A stretch of DNA of 64,000 nucleotides, taken from NCBI GenBank assembly GCA_963842945.1, contig CAWJIM010000023.1:128001-192000 (forward strand). The letters are read 5' to 3'. The notes beneath the pieces were generated by a model. The model worked only from the letters and a program-made list of their open reading frames with translations, made no database searches and was not told where the DNA came from. Of the stretch, positions 55,370 through 64,000 are shown in pieces (the stretch's first letter is position 1; every line of letters starts with the position of its first letter). The position numbers were made by a program, and so were the translations under genes. The DNA is from an uncultured Gemmatimonadales bacterium (GTDB lineage Bacteria; Gemmatimonadota; Gemmatimonadetes; Gemmatimonadales; GWC2-71-9).

Positions 55370-56469
55370 TAGGCTGTCTGCTCGATCACGCTGAGGTAAT
55401 GATCCACTGCTGCATCCATGGTGTATGGCTTGAGTGCATCCGGATCCACGGTATCTCCCGGCCGATCTAGCGCAGCTTCCATCGCGCCCGCCAGGGCGGC
55501 GGCGTCTCCCACCGGCACCAGCGCGCCCAAACGGCCATCCTGGAGAATTTCCCGCGGCCCACTAGGGCAATCGGTCGAGACCACCCGCGTGCCAGCAGCC
55601 AGCGCTTCGATCAGCACGGTAGGCAGTCCTTCCCACGCCGACGACAGCACGAACAGGGCTGAACGGGCCATGTAGGCCATCGCGTTCTGGAAGCCCGGCA
55701 GTGCCACATCCTGGGTCAGCTGCAGTTCTCCAATGAGGCGCTCCAAATCCGCCCGGTCTTCTCCCTCCCCCAGGATAATCAGGCGGGCCTCCCGGCGGCT
55801 CCGCAGCCGGGCAAAGGCGCGGATCAGCGTAGGAAAGTCCTTCTGCCGGGTGAGACGCCCCACTCCGAGAATCACCGGCGGCTGGCCCGGCTCTAGCCAG
55901 GGGTGGCCCGGCTCCTCCCGGGCGAGCGCCATGACGCTGCGGGTGATCACGGGATTGTACACCACCTCGACTTGACTGCGGGGAAAGCCGGAGGTGCGAG
56001 CCAGATCGTCAGCCGCTCCGCGGGACACTGCGACCACACTGCTGGCCCAGGGATAAAAACGCCGCAGCAGGATGGGCCACAGATTTCGCGAAACCACGTT
56101 CTCATGCTGGTTGGCCTGCGACATCGTGTTGTGCTCGGTGACCACCACGGGAGTGACCCGGCCGGCCAACCGCGCAGCCCAGAGCGCCACCAGATTCGCG
56201 TGGCTCATCGACGACACCAGCACTCGCGGGCGTTCGCGTCTCAGGTAGTCCGCCAGCGGGCGGAGACTCCCCAGCAGGCGGCGAGCGCCGAGATCCACCA
56301 TTCGCACTGCCGGTGGAAGGCTCTGCAGGAATACGCCGTCGGCCTCGGCGAGCACCAGATCGACGGGATGGCCCCGCTCAGCGATGCCTTCGACCAGATT
56401 CACCACCACCCGCTGGGCCCCTCCACCGCGGACCGCAGGCAAGAAGAAGGCAATGCGACCGTTCTTCAT
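55369..56469 (-). CDS. GT4 glycosyltransferase
   Basis: GGGAQRV, VYNPV, VGRLTRQKDF, EGLPTVLIEALAAG. Confidence 0.93.
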   Translation of the reverse strand: MKNGRIAFFLPAVRGGGAQRVVVNLVEGIAERGHPVDLVLAEADGVFLQSLPPAVRMVDLGARRLLGSLRPLADYLRRERPRVLVSSMSHANLVALWAARLAGRVTPVVVTEHNTMSQANQHENVVSRNLWPILLRRFYPWASSVVAVSRGAADDLARTSGFPRSQVEVVYNPVITRSVMALAREEPGHPWLEPGQPPVILGVGRLTRQKDFPTLIRAFARLRSRREARLIILGEGEDRADLERLIGELQLTQDVALPGFQNAMAYMARSALFVLSSAWEGLPTVLIEALAAGTRVVSTDCPSGPREILQDGRLGALVPVGDAAALAGAMEAALDRPGDTVDPDALKPYTMDAAVDHYLSVIEQTA

Positions 56470-56473
56470 CGGC

Positions 56474-57361
56474 TCATGCCCAATCGAACTCTTCCCCCAA
56501 CCACCGGTATAGCTCCCGATTATGGGGCTCGAAGTAGCTGGCCAGCCGGGCTCGCAACTCGGGAGGCAAACCGGAATCGTAGTTCCCAACCAGAAATGGC
56601 CGATATTGTTCCAGGCGGTGCGAGTCGAGTCCAAGAAACCGGTACACGGCCGCGGTTGCGCCGACAGGGTCGCGAAACAGTCGCTCACTCTGCAGGACCA
56701 GAAGCTGCTCCCGGGGAAAATGCTGGGTCCAGCGGCGCAGCTGCTCGAGGTAGAGGCCACGCCGCAGGTACGAGTAGCGGTGGTGATTGAAGCTGTAATA
56801 CTCGGGGTCGCTCTGAAGCCGCTCCTCTTCGCCGGCCAGACGCTCAGGCTCCTGATCGAGCGCGTCCGCAAAGGACAGCGGCTCCCGGCCGTAGCGCACC
56901 TCGTGCTGGTAGTGCGAAAGCGCGCGGTCCACCGGGTTCCGGAGCACCGCGATGAGCCTGGTGTCGGGGAGCAGCTGCGCCGCGCGCGCGGGCACCTGCG
57001 GATGGATCAGGTAATAGGGTGAAGCATCGAGCGTCAGCTTGCCCTCGCCGAGCCGCTGCCGATACGGAAAGTGCCGGCGATACCAGTTCACGCCGCGGTC
57101 GTAGTTGAAATCGAAGTAATGGATCTCTTTCCCTAGCGGCGCCAGCACTCGGGGGTGCTGCGCCAGGTAATGGAAAAGCGATGTAGTCCCGCTCTTCTGG
57201 GCGCCGATGATGAGTAGGCTGGGGAACCCCCGCAGGGACGCCGTCAGCTGCCGGTACTCGGCCCGAAGCCAGCGCAGCGGCTGCTTGGCCTGCCCCATGA
57301 GCCCACGGGGGCGAGCCCGGCCAGGCACCGGCCGGCGGGAAGCAACAGGCGCCATCGTCAC
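56474..57361 (-). CDS. PAPS-dependent sulfotransferase (heparan-sulfate ST-like motifs)
   Basis: IIGAQKSGTTSL, KEIHYFD, DASPYY, LRNPVDRALSHY. Confidence 0.92.
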   Translation of the reverse strand: MTMAPVASRRPVPGRARPRGLMGQAKQPLRWLRAEYRQLTASLRGFPSLLIIGAQKSGTTSLFHYLAQHPRVLAPLGKEIHYFDFNYDRGVNWYRRHFPYRQRLGEGKLTLDASPYYLIHPQVPARAAQLLPDTRLIAVLRNPVDRALSHYQHEVRYGREPLSFADALDQEPERLAGEEERLQSDPEYYSFNHHRYSYLRRGLYLEQLRRWTQHFPREQLLVLQSERLFRDPVGATAAVYRFLGLDSHRLEQYRPFLVGNYDSGLPPELRARLASYFEPHNRELYRWLGEEFDWA

Positions 57362-58959
57362 TTGGTGTTCACCCTCCCGGCTGGCGCGTAGCTCCGGCCA
57401 GAGCGGTCGACCTGGGCGAGGTGCCGGCCGCGACGGATCAACTCACTCGCCCGCTTCCAGGCCCACTTGCCGTGGGGCCCCAGGAAGACCTCGGGGCGAA
57501 GCCTGCTGGCCAGCACGGTAACCGCGCCAGCAGTGATGCCAGCGACCAACAACACGGGGATCTTGCCCAAGCTGGCGGCACGGGCGGCCTGGGCCGCAGC
57601 TAATGTGGCACCCCCGAGGACCGTTGCGAGCAGCGCCGCCGGCGCGTGAGCATTGACGAACCGGGTCCATGACAGGCCGGTGACCGAACGGCCCAGCCAC
57701 GCCATAGTCAACCAGTTAATGCCCATGGCGATTGATACGGCGACCGCGACTCCTCCCACTCCCCAGCGCTGTCCAATGAGCGCGCCCAGGACCACCATGG
57801 CGGCGTAGACGCCCTGGATTACCGCCCTAGAGTACACGGCACCGGCAGCCTTGGTGCAGGCATCGCTGATCTTGCTGCTCATCCGGAAGAGCAGCCTAAA
57901 GGTGAACAATCGAAACGGCAGTACGACGGCGGCCCACGCGGGCCCCAGCAGGACCGGGATGAACTCCGGGGCGACTACCCAGAGGAAAGCACTGACCGGC
58001 AGCGAGACCAGGCCACGATCGCCAGCGCGCGCTCGTACGCACCGGCCAGCCGCTCCGGTTCGTCCTGAACCTGCGCCATGACTGGAAACAGCACCCGATT
58101 CACAATTTTTCCGAATACCGTCGCGGGCATGACCATGAGGCTGTACGCGCGGCCGTAGATCCCGAGCGCGGCCGGCCCGAGCCACCGGCCGACAACCAGG
58201 TTGTCGCCCTGCTGCGAGAGCACGGTTCCGACCTGAGCCAGCGAGTGCCCGAGCCCGAAGCTGAGCAGGTCACGGCTGGCCTGCCGGTTGAAGCTCGGGC
58301 CACACCGGATGACGGGTGGCCAGGTACATGCTGACGGTGCGCAAGGTGACCTGCGCGAGATTCGCGGCGACGAGGGCCCACACGCCATAGCCGAGCCAGG
58401 CGAGGAGCGACGCCCACGCAGGCGTAGCCGATGACATAGCTGGCGAGATCGAGCGCGACGTAGAGCCGGAACCGGAGCTGCCGCGTGAGCAGCGACTCGC
58501 CGACCGTATTCAGGCCGTCGATCGGGAACAGGAGGGCGATGCCGCGGAGCACCGGCTCCAACGCGGGAATCCGGTAGAACGCGCTCAGTGCCGGCGCGCC
58601 AGCCACACGGCGACTCCCAGCGTGGACCCAGGACGCAGGAGATGGTGACGGCCGCGCGGATGTGGGTGCGCTCGAGATCCCGCCGCTGCACGATGGCGGG
58701 CCCGACGCCAACCTGGGAGACGATCTGGGAAAGCGCGATGATGACCGTCGCCGCGCCCATGAGCCCAATTCCGCCGGGGTGAGCAGCCGGCCCAGGGCCA
58801 TGATGACCAGCAACTGCACCACGCCTGCACGCCGGTGCCGCTGAAGGTCCAGAACATGCCGCCTAACGCCTGCTCGGTCAGTCCGCGAGGCGCGCCACGA
58901 GAGCGCCCGCGGCCCTGGTCCTCGGCTCCGGGCTGCTCCGGCTGGTCCTGCGGTCTCAC
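57358..58959 (-). CDS. Wzx/PST polysaccharide flippase, frameshifted
   Basis: LGRLLTP, GVGPAIVQ, QGDNLVVGRWLGPAALGIYGRAY, VLFPVMAQ; many TM helices. Confidence 0.88.
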
Positions 58960-59031
58960 GCGTGTGCTCCGGAGAGGCGCGAGAGAGGCATGGTGCGGCC
59001 AGGTCGTTCGCGCGGGCAGGGCCGGCGTGCC

Positions 59032-59956
59032 CTACTGCGCGACGGTCTGCCGGAACCGGCTCAGCGCCAGGTGAGGCGTCGTAGCCGTACCGCTGGAGAT
59101 CCTCGCTGCAGCAGGTCGTCCAGAATGGCCTGCTGCACCGGAGTGAGGTCGTCGCGCCAGCGGTTGCTCGTGCTCGCGGATCGAGGCCGCCTTCACCTGC
59201 TCGCTCGAATTCGGCGGACCACGGGCAGCTCGGCGAATTCCAGCACTCGCCGAAAGGTCTCCAGCGGCTGCTCGCAGAAGGCCTCGTACTTCACCTCGAG
59301 GAACAGCTTCGGGTCCAGCGGCCCGGCGAGCCGCTTCCATCGCCCGCATCTGGATACGCCACTCGATCCCGGCGAGCGCGGTGAAGGAGCGGTCGTAGCT
59401 CTCCCAGATGGCCTGGTCCTCCGGAGAGAGGAGTCCCGCCCGCCACCCCTGGGGCCCGTACCAGCCCCGCCAGAAACCCGACGTGCAGCAGCGAGTCGGC
59501 CACCGCGCGGCCGTCGCGTAGAATGTGGATGAACTTCGCGTCCTCGAAGATCTCGTTGAGGAAGCCGATGCGGGGCCAGCCGGTGATCTTGACCAGCAGC
59601 CGGTTGCGCTCGGGCGTGAGCATCGGCCTCGAGGGCGGCCCGGACCTGTTTCTTGACTCTGGCGCTCACGTCGGAGCGCACCAGATCGCGGCAAGGCTCG
59701 GAGAACCCGTAGGCGTAGCGGTCCCAGAAGCCGATAAGCTTCTGCCGGGGCGGATCTTTCCGCCGAGACCGCCGTTGAGCAGCGGATTGCCCACCGCCGT
59801 GACCGCCCAGCGGTTCCAGGCCGGCTTGTCAGGGAACCGGTGGGCGAAACCGGAGAGCCACATCAGCTGGGGATGGGTGGCGAGCAGCCGGTGAAACAGA
59901 GTCGAGCCGCAGCGCCCGGTTCCGACGATAAAGATGGGCTTGGTGATCTGCATCAT
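59032..59956 (-). CDS. Sulfotransferase (Sulfotransfer_3-like), frameshifted
   Basis: IFIVGTGRCGSTL, FIHILRDGRAVADS, EVKYEAFCEQP. Confidence 0.85.
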
Positions 59957-60264
59957 TGGTCCGTAGTCCCTGTCTGAATCACCCCTGAAATCACGGTGCC
60001 TCAGGCCACCTGATCACGACCTGAGGCCCGCTGTAGGGCCTGGGCTAGCACGATCCATGCCTTGGGCGGCAAAGTGCGGGTGGCGCTTGACCCCTCTGCT
60101 TGCGCAGGGCAATCTACCCACCGGCCTGGGGGAACGGCACCGGCGATGTGGCTGGTAGAACCGGTGTTGCCGGGCGAAGCGCCGCTAGTGTAGCGCATGC
60201 GCGACATTCCTCCCGGTCGGGCCGGGGGGGTCGGCCTGGGACAGGACAGGGGGAGGACGGGACG

Positions 60265-61184
60265 GTGCAACAACCTGGACCGCAGAAGCCCAACTTCTTC
60301 ATCGTCGGCGCGCCTAAGTGCGGCACCACCGCGCTGTACGAGTATCTCCGGCCCCACCCGAACATCTTCATGTCTTCGGTGAAAGAGCCGCACTTCTTCG
60401 CCAAGGATTTGGGCAGCTATCCGCGGATCAAGACGCCGGAGGACTACCTGGCGATTTTCGCCGGGACCGGGCCGGACCATCTTCGGGTGGGGGAGGCATC
60501 GGTTTACTACCTGCGGTCAGCGGTTGCCATCGCGAATATCCGCGCAGTTCAACCCCGAAGCCAAACTCATCGCCATGTTCCGCAACCCGGTCGACATGGT
60601 GCATTCCTTCCACTCGCAGCTGCTGTTTGTCGCGCGAGGAGAACGTCAGCGACTTCGAGACCGCGTGGCGACTGCAGGAACGCCGGCGCGAAGGGGTGGA
60701 GCTGCCACCCCGGTCTCGCGGACATTTTCTGCTCCAGTATGCGGAGCTGGGCAGCTTCGGGAGCCAGACCGAACGGATGCTAACCAGCTTCCCCCGGGAG
60801 CAGGTAAAGCTGATTCTGTACGACGACTTCACCGCCTCACCCCAGCGAGTGTACGACGATGTAATCGACTTCCTCGGGATTCCCCACGATCAACGCACTG
60901 ACTTTCCCCGGATCAACGAGAACAAGAAGGCTAAGTCCGATTGGCTCCGGCGATTCACCCGCAAGCCCCCGCCGGTTGTGCGGAGCGCCTTCCGAAGCCT
61001 GAAGCAGGTAGTGGGAGGAGAGGCCCTGGGCGCGATGACCCGGAAGATCGTGGCCTTGAATACCGCGAGGGAGCGGCGGCCGCCGCTCGCCCCGGCGTTC
61101 CGGGCACAGCTGGTGGAGGCGTTCAGCGATGAGGTAGCATTGCTGTCCCGCTTGATCGAGCGGGACTTGAGCCACTGGCGCTGA
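60265..61184 (+). CDS. Sulfotransferase, frameshifted
   Basis: PNFFIVGAPKCGTTAL, KEPHFF, GEASVYY, FRNPVDMVHS. Confidence 0.9.
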
Positions 61185-61200
61185 TCAGCGCGGCGCTGCG

Positions 61201-62077
61201 TTACAGCCAGTGTTCCAGGCTGCGGCCAATCAGCTCCGATGTCCGGCCGATATCATCCCTGAAATGTCCGGTAAGCTCGCGCCTGAGATCCGGTGGGAGT
61301 GAAGGCGCCTGCCGCAGGTTTCGGCTGCGCAGCCGCTTGACCCAATTGATTGCCTGCTTGGGCACCCAGGGGACGTACCACCTTGCTGATGGCGCTGGTG
61401 GTAAATAACCCCTCCAGGACCCTGCTCGCCGGCATTCCCCCCATGGCGTGCGGGGTCTCGAAGTCGGGAACGAAGCCGGAATCGATGCCCAGCCAGCGAT
61501 AGACCCGCTGCACCGCGCCGGCAGGATTGGTCTTGAAGTCGTCGAACAGCATGACGTGAATCTGGTCTCGCGGAAAGGCCGCGAAGTATCGCGCGAGCTG
61601 CTGGTAGTAGCGGCTGACCTCCATCCAGCGCGAATCGGGACGGGCCCATTCGGCCGCCCGGGTCAGCTGGCGATCGGGATCGAACACCCGCCCCCGCCGG
61701 CGAAGGTACATCAAATAGTCGGAGTAGGCCCGGTCCACTGGATGGCGAATGCTGCAGATGAGCCGAACGTCGGGCAACCGGTTGCGGATCCGAGCCGCGG
61801 CCTGAGGGCACTCCAGATAGAGAGGCGACGCCTCTCCCACCGCCCGCGCGCCTCCGGCACGGTTGAAGAGCTGCTCGTATTCCTCGAGTGTCTTGACCGG
61901 AAAGCGATGGACGTCGGGATCGCCGTAGAGCAGGTTACCGCCCTCGTCTACCCCATAGGCGAAGTAGTTGGTCTCCTTGACCGGACTCATGAAGACGTCC
62001 GGGTGTTCCTCCAAATACCAGTACAGCGCGGTGGTGCCGGCCTTCGCTGCGCCGATCACAATGAAGTTCGGAAGCAC
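61201..62077 (-). CDS. Sulfotransferase
   Basis: PNFIVIGAAKAGTTAL, KETNYF, GEASPLY, IRHPVDRAYSDY; C-terminal frameshift. Confidence 0.92.
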
Positions 62078-62095
62078 GTGCGGCGTTGCTCTCCA

Positions 62096-63160
62096 TCAGG
62101 TCGGTTGGGCAAAGACTCGAACACTGGTGGGAGAGACGAACACCCGCTCCCCTCTCCGCAGACCCAGGGACTCAAATCTAGCCCGGGGGACGTGGGCCTC
62201 GATGGTCCTGCCCCCGTCCACCAGATCCAGCTCCAGCCGCACCATCGGGCCAAAGGCACGAATGTGCCGGACCACTGCCTCCAGCGAGGAGGGACCCGAG
62301 GCGAAAGCGCCCAGCTCCACGTCGTAGGTGCGGACGTAAGCCACGCCGGCTTGATCGGACACGTGGGCCCATTCCGGGGCCTCCAGCTCGTTCTCCCCGA
62401 TGTTCACGTGGCCCTGGTGGATCCGGCCATGGAACAGGTTCACGTCGCCCAGGAAGCCGTAGACGAAGGGCGTTGCAGGCCGGTCGTAGACCTCTTCCGG
62501 CGTTCCGCTCTGCTCGACTCGGCCTTCGTTCATGATGACGACCCGATCGGACACCTCGAGCGCTTCCTCCTGATCGTGGGTCACGAACACGCTGGTGACG
62601 TGCACTTCCTCGTGCAGACGCCGGAGCCAGCGGCGCAGCTCCTTCCGCACCTTGGCATCGAGCGCGCCGAACGGCTCGTCCAGCAGGAGCACCTTGGGTT
62701 TAACGGCAAGGGCCCGCGCCAGCGCGACCCGCTGCCGCTGCCCGCCGGACAGCTCGGAGGGACGGCGGTCGGCCAGCACATCGAGCTGAACCAGGCTCAG
62801 CAATCCCATCACCGTCTCCCGGATCTCCCGTTCCGGTGGCCGGACCCTGCGGGGCCGGACCCTGAGCCCGAAGGCCACGTTCTCGAAGACGCTCATGTGC
62901 CGGAACAGGGCGTAGTGCTGAAAGACGAAGCCCACCTGCCGCTCACGCACCGGACGGTCGGTCGCGTTCTCGCCGTGGAAGAGGATGGTTCCCTGATCGG
63001 CCGGCTCCAATCCGGCGATGATCCGGAGCAGGGTGGTCTTCCCGGACCCGGAAGGGCCCAGTAACGCTACCAGCTCGCCGCCGGGAACGTCGAGGCTCAC
63101 GTTGTCGAGAGCGACGAAGTTGCCGAAGGTCTTGCGCAGGTTGCGGACCTCGATGCTCAT
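62096..63160 (-). CDS. cysA: Sulfate/thiosulfate ABC transporter ATPase
   Basis: [49 protein letters not shown] tail. Confidence 0.95.
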   Translation of the reverse strand: MSIEVRNLRKTFGNFVALDNVSLDVPGGELVALLGPSGSGKTTLLRIIAGLEPADQGTILFHGENATDRPVRERQVGFVFQHYALFRHMSVFENVAFGLRVRPRRVRPPEREIRETVMGLLSLVQLDVLADRRPSELSGGQRQRVALARALAVKPKVLLLDEPFGALDAKVRKELRRWLRRLHEEVHVTSVFVTHDQEEALEVSDRVVIMNEGRVEQSGTPEEVYDRPATPFVYGFLGDVNLFHGRIHQGHVNIGENELEAPEWAHVSDQAGVAYVRTYDVELGAFASGPSSLEAVVRHIRAFGPMVRLELDLVDGGRTIEAHVPRARFESLGLRRGERVFVSPTSVRVFAQPT

Positions 63161-64000
63161 GCTGCCATCCTTTCAGGGGTGGACTCGGCGTCCGCGACAT
63201 CGTGGACGGAGCGCCGCTGGTACCATTCAACCAGCGTCTTGAGGGCGAGCGTGACCAGCGCGAGCAGCGTGAGCACCGAGGCGACGGCGAAGCTGGCCGC
63301 GAAGGCGTACTCGTTGTACAGGATCTCGACGTGGAGCGGCAGGGTGTTGGTCTGCCCCCGGATGTGCCCCGACACCACCGACACCGCGCCAAACTCCCCC
63401 ATTGCGCGGGCGTTGCAGAGAATCAGGCCGTAGAGCAAACCCCATTTGATATTCGGCAGCGTCACCCGAAAGAAGGTCTGCCAGCCGCCGGCGCCCAGCA
63501 CGATGGCGGCTTCCTCCTCGTCGGTGCCCTGCTCCTGCATCAACGGGATCAGCTCCCGGGCCACGAAGGGCGAGGTGATGAATGTCGTGGCCAGGACGAT
63601 GCCGGGAACCGCAAAGATGATCTTGATGTCGTGCTCCATCAGCCAGGGACCGAACCAGCCGTGGGCTCCGAAGAGAAGCACGAAGATCATGCCCGAGATT
63701 ACCGGCGACACTGCAAACGGCAGGTCGATCAGGGTGATCAGCAGGTTCTTCCCGGGAAAGTCGAACTTGGTGATGCACCAGGCCGCAGCCACCCCGAAGA
63801 TCAGGTTGACCGGAACGGCAATCGACGCGATCAGCAGCGTCAGCTTGGCCGCGCTGAGGGCGTCGGGCTCGGTGATGGCCTGCCAGTAAACGGAGAACCC
63901 CTTGGAGAACGCCTGGGCAAAGACCAGCACCAGGGGTAGCGCCAAGGTGAACGCCAGGAACGCGAGGGCCAGGGAAGTCAGGGTCCAGCGCACCGCGCGA
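63157..64000 (-). CDS. cysW: Sulfate ABC transporter permease (5' end outside the window)
   Basis: [53 protein letters not shown]. Confidence 0.95.
   Translation of the reverse strand, partial: RAVRWTLTSLALAFLAFTLALPLVLVFAQAFSKGFSVYWQAITEPDALSAAKLTLLIASIAVPVNLIFGVAAAWCITKFDFPGKNLLITLIDLPFAVSPVISGMIFVLLFGAHGWFGPWLMEHDIKIIFAVPGIVLATTFITSPFVARELIPLMQEQGTDEEEAAIVLGAGGWQTFFRVTLPNIKWGLLYGLILCNARAMGEFGAVSVVSGHIRGQTNTLPLHVEILYNEYAFAASFAVASVLTLLALVTLALKTLVEWYQRRSVHDVADAESTPERMAA

Noticed and set aside
61448..63064. Long antisense ORFs (e.g. 61448..63064, 21352..22692, 25584..26672, 51387..52475, 5' part of 8312..9805)
   Set aside because: Shadow ORFs opposite well-supported genes, expected in high-GC DNA.

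Overview
High-GC bacterial window, most likely Gemmatimonadota (an inference from gene content and the expanded kinase/TolB-N/TPR family). Many single-base frameshifts occur even in essential genes such as ligA, consistent with uncorrected long-read indels, so boundaries of frameshifted genes are approximate. Contents in order: a REP-punctuated cluster of small secreted-protein genes (0-2.7 kb); CocE hydrolase, PD40 lipoprotein, PQQ dehydrogenase and a DUF899/ArsR/SRPBCC module; an outer-membrane beta-barrel gene with an in-frame TGA and a downstream hairpin (selenoprotein candidate); an array of five Hanks-type Ser/Thr kinase-TolB_N-TPR receptors with a stand-alone BTAD/SARP activator and a recombination scar, plus a sixth divergent kinase at 36.3 kb; an ECF41 sigma locus with two consensus promoters; ferritin and ligA; a PTPS-II/folE/SDR (BH4-like) operon downstream of a probable 6S RNA; and a Wzx/Wzy-type polysaccharide cluster with four sulfotransferases next to cysAW.
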